40,752 bases of DNA from an uncultured Anaerolinea sp. (lineage in GTDB: Bacteria; Chloroflexota; Anaerolineae; Anaerolineales; Villigracilaceae): positions 1 to 40,752 of the forward strand of contig CAYQOF010000001.1 of the NCBI GenBank assembly GCA_964419035.1. The letters run 5' to 3'. Position numbers and translations under genes: made by a program. How positions within the stretch are numbered: the stretch's first letter is position 1; each line of letters begins with the position of its first letter. Under the pieces are notes generated by a model. That model was given only the letters and a program-made list of their open reading frames with translations, was not told the DNA's origin and did no database searches. This document shows, piece by piece, positions 15,876 through 25,351 of the stretch.

Positions 15876-16553
15876 CTAATAGGTAATATCCAGCAGGTTT
15901 TCCGCCACCGAGCGCAGTTTTTCCCTGGACATGCTGCTCAATTTCATGGCAAGTTCGATGTAGGGACGGTTGACCGGCAACGCGGCGAATTGCCTCAATT
16001 CCATTGGCATCTCGAGGAATTGCTGGATGGCTTCCTCGTTCATCAGCCATTGACCGATGGGTCCGCTGCGGTCGAAGAAGGATTCGACCCTGCCGCCGAG
16101 TTTCATGATCAGCGCCTCCAGTTCCGGCAGGGGAATGGGGCGTTCCCCCAACTCGTAGGCTTTGATGCGCGCGCCTGAGATGCCGGTCTCCTGCGACAGG
16201 CTGCGGATGGAAAGGCTGGCGTTCATGCGTTCCTGCCTGAGGAGCGCGCCGATCTTGCGCTGGCGGACCGCCATGAGTTTCGAAAGATCGAGATTCTCGT
16301 GCGGCGGCGGGCTGTTCGATTTCGTTTCCCGGCTCCAGAAATGATCCAGGGGCAGGTCGAGATAGAAGACCAGCGCCTCCAGTTCCGGCAGCGAGGGAGC
16401 CTTGCTTCCCTCCTCGTAGGCGCGCAACATTGCCGGTTTCACGCCGATGGCTTCCGCGCATTCCTTGACGTTCCGGCGCGCGGCGAGGCGCGCATCGCGG
16501 ATCAAGACACCCAGTTTTTTCGTGCGAATGGTGATCTGGGACTTAATATCCAT
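15876..16553 (-). CDS. Transcriptional regulator with two XRE/HTH_3 domains
   Basis: Two homologous units (LG.LIR.AR...YEEG...PSLPELEAL and IG.LLR.ER...YELG...IPLPELEAL), AGGAG RBS, TATAAT at 16573-16578. Confidence 0.88.
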   Translation of the reverse strand: MDIKSQITIRTKKLGVLIRDARLAARRNVKECAEAIGVKPAMLRAYEEGSKAPSLPELEALVFYLDLPLDHFWSRETKSNSPPPHENLDLSKLMAVRQRKIGALLRQERMNASLSIRSLSQETGISGARIKAYELGERPIPLPELEALIMKLGGRVESFFDRSGPIGQWLMNEEAIQQFLEMPMELRQFAALPVNRPYIELAMKLSSMSREKLRSVAENLLDITY

Positions 16554-16598
16554 GTCTCCTCATGTTGGGCTGATTATAGCAGAGGCTGTACAGCCCTG

Positions 16599-17918
16599 CT
16601 ACCGTCTCGACCCCAGACCGATGCCTCCCGGCGGCATGAAGATCTCGCCGCTGAGTTTGAAGCCCGCCGCCTCCAGCCTTGGCGAGAAGATCGGGCGGAT
16701 GCCTGTTGCCTTTAGTTCACCCAGGATTTTGTTCTCCGGTCCAACGCCGGTCTGCTCGAACTTGAAGATATCGGTCATGACCACGGTATCGCCCTCCATG
16801 CCCACGACCTCGGTGATGGCGGTCACTTTGCGGGAGCCGTCCTTCAAGCGCGACTGCTGAATGATGAGGTCCACAGCAGATGAGATTTGCTGGCGTACCA
16901 CCTTGAGCGGCAGTTCCATGCCCGCCATCAGCACCATGGTTTCCAAACGTGAAAGCGCGTCGCGGGGGGAGTTGGCGTGCAGCGTGGTCAATGAACCGTC
17001 GTGACCCGTGTTCATGGCTTGCAGCATATCCAGCGCTTCACCGCCGCGGCATTCGCCGACCACGATTCGATCCGGGCGCATACGCAGTGAATTGCGCACG
17101 AGGTCGCGGACGGTCACCGCGCCCGTCCCGTCAATGTTCGCGGTCTTTGTTTCCAGCCGCAGGACGTGTTCCTGCTGAAGTTGCAATTCCGCCGCGTCCT
17201 CGATGGTGACGATCCGTTCCTCCTCCGGAATGTAACCGGAGAGAACATTGAGAAGCGTGGTCTTCCCCGAACCGGTCCCGCCCGAGATGACGATATTCAA
17301 CCGGGCAAGCACGCAGGCGCGGATGAACTCCGCCATGTTGTTCGTCAGTGAGCCAAACTGCACAAGTTGTTGAATGGAAAGTTTGTCCTTTTTGAATTTG
17401 CGGATCGTGATCGAGGGTCCGTCAATGGAAACAGGCCGGATCACCGCGTTGACGCGGGAACCGTCCGGCAGGCGCGCGTCGACGGTGGGGCTGTCTGCAT
17501 CCACGCGGCGGCCCAGGGGAAGGATGATGCGGTCAATGATCCGCATGACGTGATCGTCGTCGTCGAAGGTGATGCCGCTCTTGATCAACTTCCCGTTCTT
17601 TTCGATGAAGACCTTCTTCGGTCCGTTCACCATCACTTCGCTGACCTCGGGATCCTCCAACAGGGGCTGAATGGGACCGTAGCCGGTCATCTCGTCCAGG
17701 ATCTCGTGAAAGATTTGTTTGCGAAGATCCTCGGGCAGGCTCACCTTTGTCTGAACGTAGGCATCGTTCAGGCGTTGTTTGATGAGTTCTGTGCGGTCGC
17801 CGAGTTGCAGGGGCTCGCCTTCGATCGAGCGGCTGACGTTCTCCACGAGATAGTGTTTGAATTTGAGCAGGTCGGCTGATGTGAGCCGCGTATAGTTGGA
17901 GGAGATCGGGGTTGCCAT
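16599..17918 (-). CDS. cpaF: CpaF/TadA-family pilus secretion ATPase
   Basis: [30 protein letters not shown], Walker [45 protein letters not shown]. Confidence 0.95.
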   Translation of the reverse strand: MATPISSNYTRLTSADLLKFKHYLVENVSRSIEGEPLQLGDRTELIKQRLNDAYVQTKVSLPEDLRKQIFHEILDEMTGYGPIQPLLEDPEVSEVMVNGPKKVFIEKNGKLIKSGITFDDDDHVMRIIDRIILPLGRRVDADSPTVDARLPDGSRVNAVIRPVSIDGPSITIRKFKKDKLSIQQLVQFGSLTNNMAEFIRACVLARLNIVISGGTGSGKTTLLNVLSGYIPEEERIVTIEDAAELQLQQEHVLRLETKTANIDGTGAVTVRDLVRNSLRMRPDRIVVGECRGGEALDMLQAMNTGHDGSLTTLHANSPRDALSRLETMVLMAGMELPLKVVRQQISSAVDLIIQQSRLKDGSRKVTAITEVVGMEGDTVVMTDIFKFEQTGVGPENKILGELKATGIRPIFSPRLEAAGFKLSGEIFMPPGGIGLGSRR

Positions 17919-18214
17919 CAGGACGCGTCCCCCTCATCCGGTTTCTGTTCCGGAATCACCCAAACGATATGGGAGCGCTGCACCGCCAGAAACGGCGACT
18001 GGAAAAGCGCCTGCCCATCGGGACCCAGCACGCTCACATCCGTCAGCGCAAGGAATTTTTCGTTCTGATCCAGTTCATCCTTGATGCGCTGGTTCCTGCG
18101 GACGTGGACGCGCCCGCGCATCAAGTGCGTGGTCGTTTGTATAGTGGCTGGTACGGCGGTCTTGGTGACGATATCCGTGAAGATCTTGCCCTTTTCATCA
18201 TATTCAATACTCAT
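17918..18214 (-). CDS. Small beta-rich hypothetical protein (DUF6812-like), coupled to cpaF
   Basis: GAGG RBS and TGATG overlap with the cpaF start. The pattern G.VH....R..D.L.....FL.LTD......FLAV...I.WV.P was matched from memory only. Confidence 0.65.
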   Translation of the reverse strand: MSIEYDEKGKIFTDIVTKTAVPATIQTTTHLMRGRVHVRRNQRIKDELDQNEKFLALTDVSVLGPDGQALFQSPFLAVQRSHIVWVIPEQKPDEGDAS

Positions 18215-18361
18215 GGTGCCTCACTCAATTGGGAGCATATCCCGGTGGACATGACTTTGCAGTTCTTTTGGGGTTATGGAAAATGGGTCTGTCGCTGATG
18301 GACAGCCACCAAAGTTTAGCCGATATGAGGTTGAAATTACCTTTCACTTTCTTTAGGCAAT

Positions 18362-19531
18362 TCAACGGGCGCGCAGGCGGCGCGCAAGTTTCACCATGCT
18401 TTCCGCCGCATCCTTGAGGACGATGGAGGCGGTGTTGGTGGGATACTTTATGGTGATGGGCTGGTTGAGGTTGTTGGCTAGTGTAAAACTGCCCCCCATG
18501 TACGGCATTGTCGTCTGGATCGGCAGGCCGATGATCCTCTCCGCTTCGGCTTTGGTCAGCCCTTCCAGCCCGACCGCGCGGTTCAATATGGAAAAGATCC
18601 TCTGATCTTCGATCCCCTGCGATTGCAGGTATTCCCAGATGGTCCTGGTCAGGTGAACGGTGCTCTGGTCGGTGGCGACGATCAGGGCGATGAGATCGGC
18701 TTGCTGGATGAAGGGCAGGCTGATGCGCGAGAGCGAACGCCCGATGTCGAGGATGACGAAGTCGTACGCGGCGCGAAGCACGTTCACGATCTGCTCGATG
18801 CGCTCTCCCTTGAGGATGTTCCCACGTTGCGGATCGGGGGAACCCGCCAGCAATTGGAATTTCCACAACTCCGGCTCTGGCAGACTCCTGTGGAAGTATT
18901 CCCCGTTCGTTTGCCCGGATGGGAGGTCTGCAACGGATACCAGATTCAATGCCCCCTCATAACCGACGATCTGCGCGATGGAGCCGATGGGCAGAACGAG
19001 GTCCGCCACGACCACGCGCGCTTCAGGCTGGTGTATTTTGATGTTCATCGCGATGTTGGCGCACAGCGACGACGTGCCGGTGCCGCCCTTTGCGCTGAGG
19101 AAGACCATCAACAGACCCGCATCCCTGTTGTCTTCGCCTGTAATGTGAGCCGGGGCTTCCCTGCCGAAAACGCGCTTGAGAGCCTCCTCAAGCGCGTGCG
19201 CGGTTTCCGACGATTTGACAAGGTGCTCGTTCACGCCTGCATTCAGGTAGAATTCCCTGCGATGCGGGGCGGGATCGCTCGAGAGCGCAATGATGGGCGT
19301 GGCGTGGGTCCGTACATTCTGCCGCAGTTTTTGAACGAACTCTTCGCCCTTGAGATCGGACAGCGCGGGATCGAACAGGATGATATCCGGTTCATCGCGC
19401 CAGGCAGCGATCAACGCCTCCTTGCCCGAGGGGGCTTCGAGCACTTTGTACCGTTTTTCGCGGAGAATGTTGGAAAGGTATTTGCGGCTGGCTTCGTTCT
19501 CATCCAGTAGCAAGATGGTTCTACCAACCAC
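18362..19531 (-). CDS. Receiver domain fused to a CpaE/TadZ (MinD-like) ATPase
   Basis: N-terminal REC (LLDE, IILFD, ALSS, LVK), deviant Walker A SAKGGTGTSS, YDFVILD, ILNR. Confidence 0.85.
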   Translation of the reverse strand: MVGRTILLLDENEASRKYLSNILREKRYKVLEAPSGKEALIAAWRDEPDIILFDPALSDLKGEEFVQKLRQNVRTHATPIIALSSDPAPHRREFYLNAGVNEHLVKSSETAHALEEALKRVFGREAPAHITGEDNRDAGLLMVFLSAKGGTGTSSLCANIAMNIKIHQPEARVVVADLVLPIGSIAQIVGYEGALNLVSVADLPSGQTNGEYFHRSLPEPELWKFQLLAGSPDPQRGNILKGERIEQIVNVLRAAYDFVILDIGRSLSRISLPFIQQADLIALIVATDQSTVHLTRTIWEYLQSQGIEDQRIFSILNRAVGLEGLTKAEAERIIGLPIQTTMPYMGGSFTLANNLNQPITIKYPTNTASIVLKDAAESMVKLARRLRAR

Positions 19532-19549
19532 GTTGATCTCCTCGGTCGC

Positions 19550-20251
19550 CTATTCCTCGATGGGCGGCATGAGATAGCCAAGACCGGAACGCGTCACGAT
19601 GTGCCTGGGGCTGTGTGCGTCGTCCTCCAGTTTCTGGCGCAGGCGGGCAATGCTCACCCACAGGATTTCCTTGTCCGTGCGGTATTCGGGACCCCATACG
19701 CTGGTAAGGAGTTCCTCAGAGGACATGATCTTGCCGACATGATGGGCGAACTGCAGCAGCAGGCGATATTCTGTGGCGGAAAGGGAGACCGGCGTTTCGC
19801 CCTTCCACACCTCGGCGCGGGCAAAATCAACCTTCAGATTATCGTGCGTGAAGAAGCGGGATTGTCCGCCCAAATCCCCTCCGGGAGGCTGGGCGCGGCG
19901 CAGCACCGCTCGGACGCGCGCCAGCAATTCGGTGGCGGAGAACGGTTTGACGAGGTAATCGTCCGCCCCCAGGTCGAGCCCGCGCACACGATCCTGTTCG
20001 TCGCCTTTGGCAGTGAGAATGATGATCGGGGCGTTCGAAAACTCGCGGATGCGCTGGGTCGCGCCGAAGCCGTCCAGTTTTGGCATCATCACATCCATCA
20101 ACACAAGATCTATCGGTTGGTTGGAAAAGACATCAACGGCTTGCGCGCCGTCCTGCGCGGTGACGACCTCGTATCCCTCCGTCCGTAAATTGGCTTCGAG
20201 CAGACGCAGATAACGAGGTTCGTCGTCCACTATGAGAATGCGTTTTGCCAT
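19550..20251 (-). CDS. OmpR/PhoB-family response regulator (KdpE-like)
   Basis: IVDDE, LMDVMMP, LTAK, GADDYLVKPF, winged helix RLRQKLE...IVTRSGLGY. Confidence 0.95.
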   Translation of the reverse strand: MAKRILIVDDEPRYLRLLEANLRTEGYEVVTAQDGAQAVDVFSNQPIDLVLMDVMMPKLDGFGATQRIREFSNAPIIILTAKGDEQDRVRGLDLGADDYLVKPFSATELLARVRAVLRRAQPPGGDLGGQSRFFTHDNLKVDFARAEVWKGETPVSLSATEYRLLLQFAHHVGKIMSSEELLTSVWGPEYRTDKEILWVSIARLRQKLEDDAHSPRHIVTRSGLGYLMPPIEE

Positions 20252-20261
20252 ACAGCCTCCT

Positions 20262-21452
20262 TCAAAATCGTTTCGATGGATTGATGGGCAATTCTATGAA
20301 AAACGTGGTTCCCTTGCCGAGGGTCGATTCTGCCCAAATCTTACCACGATGTGCCTCGACAATCTGCTTGCAAATGAAAAGTCCCAGCCCGGTGCCGGTG
20401 GCTTTTTCAGCGCGCACCCGGTAGAAGCGTTCGAAGATCAGCGGGATGGATTCAGACGGGATGCCGGGACCCCGATCAGCGAATGAAACGATGAATTTAT
20501 TTTCGTCCTGCCGGAGCAAGATGTGGATCGGCGAGCCGGGCGCGTACTTGATCGCATTGTTGAACAGGTTCTCGAAGACTTGCGCGATGCGCACGCCGTC
20601 TCCGTAGATGGAGGTCGTTGGTGCGCTGTCCACTCTCACATCCAGGTCTTTATACCGGGAACGGATGCGGGTGGCAACGTCGCGTAGAACGGCATCCAGC
20701 CTGAGGGGTTGGAAGCGTAGCGGGAGCGTCCTGCTTTGCAGGCGCGCCGACTCGAGTACGTTCTCGATTAACATCGAGAGGCGGTCCGCCTCCTCGTCTA
20801 TGATCGTCAGGAATTCGCGCTGGGTCTCCTCGTCCCAGGAGGTGTCCTCGCGCAGAAGACTGGTGCTGTACCCCTTGATAAAACCGAGCGGGGTGCGCAG
20901 TTCGTGCGAGATCGTGCTGACGAAATCCTCCTGCAACTGCATCTGCCGTTTGAGATCGTGCAGTTCCCTGTGCATTTCCCTCCAAGCCTTGCGTTCGAAA
21001 AGAATGGAAAGCAGTTGGGCGCACAGCGATGCGAGGACGATGTGCCCCTCCTCATAGGCGGGTCCGCCGAAGCGCACGAACACCAGCGCGCCGTTGATGG
21101 AGTCGTCCGCGCGAAGGGGCAGCCCCAGCAGGTATGCCTGGCGCAGACGGTCATCCGTGGAAGAGGTTGGTTCGGGTTCCTGAACCAGCGTTTTCCTCTT
21201 GGCAACCACCTGACCCGCGAAGTTCTCGCCCCACGCGGCGTCGGCTTCCGCGCTCTTGGCGCGCCCGACGGCGCGCGCGTATACGATCTCGAGCGTGTTC
21301 GTTGACTCGTCCTGCAGATAGACCGCGACGTTGTCGAAGACGAATTGTTCGCGCAGTTTGGTGAAAAAGTTCTCGATGTTCCTGCGCGCATCGCCGGATT
21401 GAGTTGCGGCCTCCGTCAGTTCGCGAGCGTACGAGAATGACCGGGTATCCAT
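20262..21452 (-). CDS. Cytoplasmic GAF-HisKA-HATPase histidine kinase
   Basis: GAF-like N terminus, H-box SHELRTPL, N-box ENLFNNAIKY, DRGPGI, FERFYR, GTGLGL. No TM segment. Confidence 0.92.
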   Translation of the reverse strand: MDTRSFSYARELTEAATQSGDARRNIENFFTKLREQFVFDNVAVYLQDESTNTLEIVYARAVGRAKSAEADAAWGENFAGQVVAKRKTLVQEPEPTSSTDDRLRQAYLLGLPLRADDSINGALVFVRFGGPAYEEGHIVLASLCAQLLSILFERKAWREMHRELHDLKRQMQLQEDFVSTISHELRTPLGFIKGYSTSLLREDTSWDEETQREFLTIIDEEADRLSMLIENVLESARLQSRTLPLRFQPLRLDAVLRDVATRIRSRYKDLDVRVDSAPTTSIYGDGVRIAQVFENLFNNAIKYAPGSPIHILLRQDENKFIVSFADRGPGIPSESIPLIFERFYRVRAEKATGTGLGLFICKQIVEAHRGKIWAESTLGKGTTFFIELPINPSKRF

Positions 21453-21454
21453 GT

Positions 21455-22483
21455 TTATTTTCTCCCTGCCACAGCCAGCAATGGGAACCTGAACGATGTG
21501 CCGCGTCCCTCGACCGAATGCACATCCAGCATCGAGCCGTGCGCTTCGATGATCTGCCGCACGAGCGAAAGCCCCAGCCCGGTGCCGCCGTGACGCCGCG
21601 TGGAGGAGCCGTCCAATTGATGGAACGGCTCGAAGATCTCCTCCATGCGGCTGGCGGGGATGCCGATGCCGGTATCGGAGACGGAGACGATAACCAGATT
21701 CTCCGCTTCGCGTTTGACGCCGACGGTCACGCTTCCTCCCGCGGACGTGAACTTGATCCCGTTATCAATGAGTTGACTCAACGCCCAGGCGATCTTCTGC
21801 GAATCCGCCTGCACGAGGGGAATGTTATCGTCAGCGACTGCGCCCAGGTTGATGGAACGATCCTGCGCCCTGCCGGCGTACGATTTGACCGTGAGGCTGG
21901 CTACGCGGCGGATATCCACATCCTCCAGTTTGATGCTCAGTTCGCCGCGCGCGGCGAGGGAGACCATGATGAGGTCTTCAATCAGGGATTCGAGTTTTGC
22001 CGTGGATTGCTGGCTGACCTGCAGGGCGTAACGCTGCTCCTCGGATATCGGTCCCAGCGACTCGGTGACCAGCAGTTCGACGTAGCCCTTGATGTGTGTG
22101 AGCGGCGTGCGCAGTTCGTGCGAGATGTTCGCGATGAAGTTGGCTTTCAACTGGCTGAGTTCCGAGACGCGTTCGAGCGCTTTCTGCAATTCCGCCGTGC
22201 GCTCCTCGACGCGGCGCTCGAGGTTGCGGTTGGCGGCTTGCAGCGCGGAGCGGAGTTGGATGATCTGTTCGGTGACCGCCTGGTCGAGGTCGGAACGGTC
22301 CAGCAGTTTCAGGTTAATCAATGCCTGTCCAAGCAGGATCGGGTTGCCTTTGTCTGTTTCCTCCCGCTGGTGGGCAAGCGCTTTTTGCAGGTCCTCGGCG
22401 GCGAGGAGTCCTTTTTGAATCAGGTATTCCCCCATGCGGGGCACAAGCATTTCAGGGGTGAGTTTTGGAGATGCTTGTGTCAT
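21455..22483 (-). CDS. Cytoplasmic histidine kinase with an N-terminal MshEN-like motif pair
   Basis: RMGEYLIQKGLLAAEDLQKALAHQ and LLGQALINLKLLDRSDLDQAVTEQ, then coiled coil, SHELRTPL, NGIKF, DTGIGI, GGTGLGL. GGAGG upstream of ATG 22483. Confidence 0.9.
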   Translation of the reverse strand: MTQASPKLTPEMLVPRMGEYLIQKGLLAAEDLQKALAHQREETDKGNPILLGQALINLKLLDRSDLDQAVTEQIIQLRSALQAANRNLERRVEERTAELQKALERVSELSQLKANFIANISHELRTPLTHIKGYVELLVTESLGPISEEQRYALQVSQQSTAKLESLIEDLIMVSLAARGELSIKLEDVDIRRVASLTVKSYAGRAQDRSINLGAVADDNIPLVQADSQKIAWALSQLIDNGIKFTSAGGSVTVGVKREAENLVIVSVSDTGIGIPASRMEEIFEPFHQLDGSSTRRHGGTGLGLSLVRQIIEAHGSMLDVHSVEGRGTSFRFPLLAVAGRK

Positions 22484-24101
22484 GATAAACCCATTCTCCT
22501 CCCACCATTGTAGCCGATGACTGCATGGAGAGCAATTCATCGGGGTCGCAGGTGAAGGGGTCCTTATCGAGCACGATCAAGTCGGCGAGGTGATTTGGAG
22601 CTAGCCTGCCGAGGCGATGCTCCATGTATGCGATGTAGGCGGGACCGAGGGTGTAGCCATGCAGGGCTTCAGCAAAGGTCAATTTTTGTTCGGGGTACCA
22701 GCCTTCGGGTGAGGGGGAACCGTCGGCGCGTCTTCTCGTAATCGCGGCGTGCAGTCCCCAGAATGGATTCGGGGATTCGACGGGCGCGTCCGACCCAAAA
22801 GCAAGGCGCGCGCCGAAGTCCAGTTGAGTCCGCCAGGCGTAGGCGAGGCGCGAGCGCTCTCCCCAGAATTGGTCCGCCATCAGCATATCGGATGTGGCGT
22901 GGATGGGCTGCATCGAAGCGACGACGTCCAGTTTGCCGAGGCGCGGCGCGTCGTCGGGATGGATGACCTGCACGTGTTCGATGCGATGGCGCAGAGGAGA
23001 CAGGCGGTTTTCGGTCTCGTAATTGCGGAGTTGCTCGTAGGCGTTCAACACCTCGTGATTGGCGCGGTCGCCGATGGCATGCACGGTCATGCCGAGACCG
23101 ACCCCCGCGGCTTTACGCCCGTGTTCGAAGAGTTCCTCGCCGTCCATGTTGAGGATGCCGCGATTGTTTTCCTCGCCGATATAGGGCTGGAACATGGCGG
23201 CGGTGTGCGGACCGAGGGCGCCATCCATGAATACTTTGACATTGCCGATGCGGAGCATGTCGTCGCCGAAGCCGCCTCGCAGACCGAGCGCGTGCGCCTC
23301 CTCGAGCAGTTCCACGGGAATGTTCTTCAGGACGCGCAGTTTGAGTCTGTTCTGCGAGCGCAATAATTGCAACGCCATGAATGATTCGCGGCGGTCGAAA
23401 TCGTGGATGCCCGTGAGTCCCATTTTCCACAAGATGGGCTGCGCGCCTTCGATGGCGTTTGCGATTTCCTCAACCGTCGGTTCGGGGATGACGCGGCTCA
23501 CGAGGTCCATCGCGGTCTCTAGCAGGATGCCCGTCGCGCTGCCTTTCGCGTCGCGTTGGATCTGTCCGTTTTGGGGGTCGGGTGTTGATGCGGTGATGTT
23601 CGCCAGTTGCAATGCCTTGGTGTTTGCCCATGCCGCGTGCATGGATTTGGCGGTGAGGTAAACGGGGTTGGCTGGCGCAATCGTATCGAGGTCTTGCGCG
23701 GTGGGCCATGCGCTTTCCCTCACCCCCAGCCCCTCTCCCATGGGGAGAGGGGGATTCGTTCCCCACACATTTTGATTCCAGCCGTGACCGAGAATCCATT
23801 CGCCGGGTTTTGCTTGTTTCGCGCGTTCCTCCACGCGGCGCAGACATGCCTCTTTTGTGCTTGTCTCGCAATCAATCTTTTGCAAGCCGAGCGAATAGTG
23901 CTGAATGTGGATGTGCGCGTCGGTGAGACCGGGCAGGATGACGCGCCCACCCATGTTCCGCCCTTCGGCGCGCGGATATTGGTTGAACAAATCGTTCACA
24001 TCGCCGAGGGCGACGATGCGCTCGCGGTCAATGAGGATGGCGGACGCAACGGGCTGTTTGGGATTTTGTGTGTGGATGCGGGCGTTGTAGAGGAGTTTCA
24101 T
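22452..24101 (-). CDS. Amidohydrolase (Amidohydro_3, YtcJ-like)
   Basis: PGLTDAHIH, K.FMDGALG..TA, HAIGDRA, RHRIEH, GSDAPV, ADLIVLD. Confidence 0.93.
   Translation of the reverse strand: MKLLYNARIHTQNPKQPVASAILIDRERIVALGDVNDLFNQYPRAEGRNMGGRVILPGLTDAHIHIQHYSLGLQKIDCETSTKEACLRRVEERAKQAKPGEWILGHGWNQNVWGTNPPLPMGEGLGVRESAWPTAQDLDTIAPANPVYLTAKSMHAAWANTKALQLANITASTPDPQNGQIQRDAKGSATGILLETAMDLVSRVIPEPTVEEIANAIEGAQPILWKMGLTGIHDFDRRESFMALQLLRSQNRLKLRVLKNIPVELLEEAHALGLRGGFGDDMLRIGNVKVFMDGALGPHTAAMFQPYIGEENNRGILNMDGEELFEHGRKAAGVGLGMTVHAIGDRANHEVLNAYEQLRNYETENRLSPLRHRIEHVQVIHPDDAPRLGKLDVVASMQPIHATSDMLMADQFWGERSRLAYAWRTQLDFGARLAFGSDAPVESPNPFWGLHAAITRRRADGSPSPEGWYPEQKLTFAEALHGYTLGPAYIAYMEHRLGRLAPNHLADLIVLDKDPFTCDPDELLSMQSSATMVGGEWVYHDTSISKTHP
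23717..23753. repeat. REP-like element CCCTCACCCC..CCCCTCTCCC-atg-GGGAGAGGGG inserted in-frame in the amidohydrolase
   Basis: Perfect 10-bp hairpin at 23730-23752. It encodes PPLPMGEGLGVR between GWNQNVWG and WPTAQDLD. Confidence 0.8.
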
Positions 24102-24115
24102 GATCGAATCCGTGC

Positions 24116-25351
24116 TTATAAAAATTGCCAGGGGACAGCGGTAATTTTATCGTCCATTTTTTCGGGATGCCTGCCCATGGTTACAACAAAGGCGCGTGTA
24201 ACCTTTTCTCCGTAATCAGCGAGAAAACTTCGCAACCCGGTCAGGTCGCGTTGGGATACCTGGGCCGTGCTTTTGATTTCGATTGGAATTAATTCATTGT
24301 GCGTTTCAAGGACACAATCCACCTCCGCTCCACCGGATGTTCGCCAGTAATACAGATTGTGATTGGTTCTCAACAAACGGATCCTGCGAAGCAATTCCAG
24401 AATGACCGCATGTTCGAATAACCTACCTTTTTCGACCTGTAACAATTCCGGGGTCAGAGGGAGACGCGCAAGCGCATTACGTACTCCCGTATCGAAAAAA
24501 TAATAACGGGATGAGGAGAGTACGCGCTTGCGCGCGTTTTTCACATACGGATCCACCCGCTCGACGATCAGCGTATCCTCCAGCACGGAATAGTACTGGC
24601 GAATCGTGGGTGAACTGACGCCCGATTCTTTTGATAATTTGGTAAAGTTCGGCGATGTCCCGGATTCGAGAGCGGCGAGTTCGAGGAACCGGGCGAACGG
24701 ACCGATTGCGCGGCTCAGCGCTTCGGCGCGAATCTCCTCCTCGATGTAAAGCCTGGCATACGCCTGCAGTATTTCCACTGCATCGGTCCGTGGGAGTGAT
24801 AACAAACCTGGCAGATTGCCATAGATCATGCAATCTTCCATGGACTGGGTGGGTGAGTTTATGTTACTAAGAGCAAGGGAGGGTATGGGATGTTCGCTCG
24901 AATCTGCCAGCAATCCCATTTCACCCCACATCAGAGGGGCAAGGGTCAACAAACGGATCCTGCCCGGCAGCAGATTAACCCCTTTTCGGCGCAGTTTACG
25001 GGCGGATGATCCGGTCAGAAAAACACTTGCCTTGCCTTCATCAATCAACACCTGAACGGCATCGAATAGTTCGGGGATTTTTTGGGCTTCATCCACAAAT
25101 ATTGAAACATTTCCAGAAACCGCTCGAGCCTGTCGAATCAAAGTCTGGGGGTCGCGTTCCAGTTCGATTTTAGTGGCGGGTTCCTGTAGGAGGTATGTAA
25201 GGAGCGGCTGGGCATTTTGCACCAGTCCACTCAACAACGTTGTTTTTCCCACCTGCCGGGGACCCAGCAATAGAAACGACTTCCCTTCAGAAATAAATTC
25301 CCGGAGTTGGGGTTCTGCAAGACGATTGAGTTGTTTATATTTTCCTTGCAT
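24116..25351 (-). CDS. AAA_14 ATPase with DUF4143 (PD-(D/E)XK-like C terminus)
   Basis: GPRQVGKTT, FVDEAQK, LTGSS, YFFDTG, LFE, YYWRT..GAEVDCV...IPIEIKS. Visibly more AT-rich than its neighbours. Confidence 0.92.
   Translation of the reverse strand: MQGKYKQLNRLAEPQLREFISEGKSFLLLGPRQVGKTTLLSGLVQNAQPLLTYLLQEPATKIELERDPQTLIRQARAVSGNVSIFVDEAQKIPELFDAVQVLIDEGKASVFLTGSSARKLRRKGVNLLPGRIRLLTLAPLMWGEMGLLADSSEHPIPSLALSNINSPTQSMEDCMIYGNLPGLLSLPRTDAVEILQAYARLYIEEEIRAEALSRAIGPFARFLELAALESGTSPNFTKLSKESGVSSPTIRQYYSVLEDTLIVERVDPYVKNARKRVLSSSRYYFFDTGVRNALARLPLTPELLQVEKGRLFEHAVILELLRRIRLLRTNHNLYYWRTSGGAEVDCVLETHNELIPIEIKSTAQVSQRDLTGLRSFLADYGEKVTRAFVVTMGRHPEKMDDKITAVPWQFL

Noticed and set aside
15868..16461. 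N-terminal 198 codons of the 374-aa ORF 15337..16461
   Set aside because: It overlaps the XRE gene in another frame and has low-complexity R/G/P composition. TPR-like sequence starts only at GTG 15867.
18215..18361. Possible c-di-GMP-I riboswitch or sigma28 promoter upstream of the small gene and cpaF
   Set aside because: CTAAA..GGTGGC is only a fragmentary match with no GCAAA/GAAA P1 architecture. GCCGATAT is on the wrong strand. An Rfam scan would settle it.
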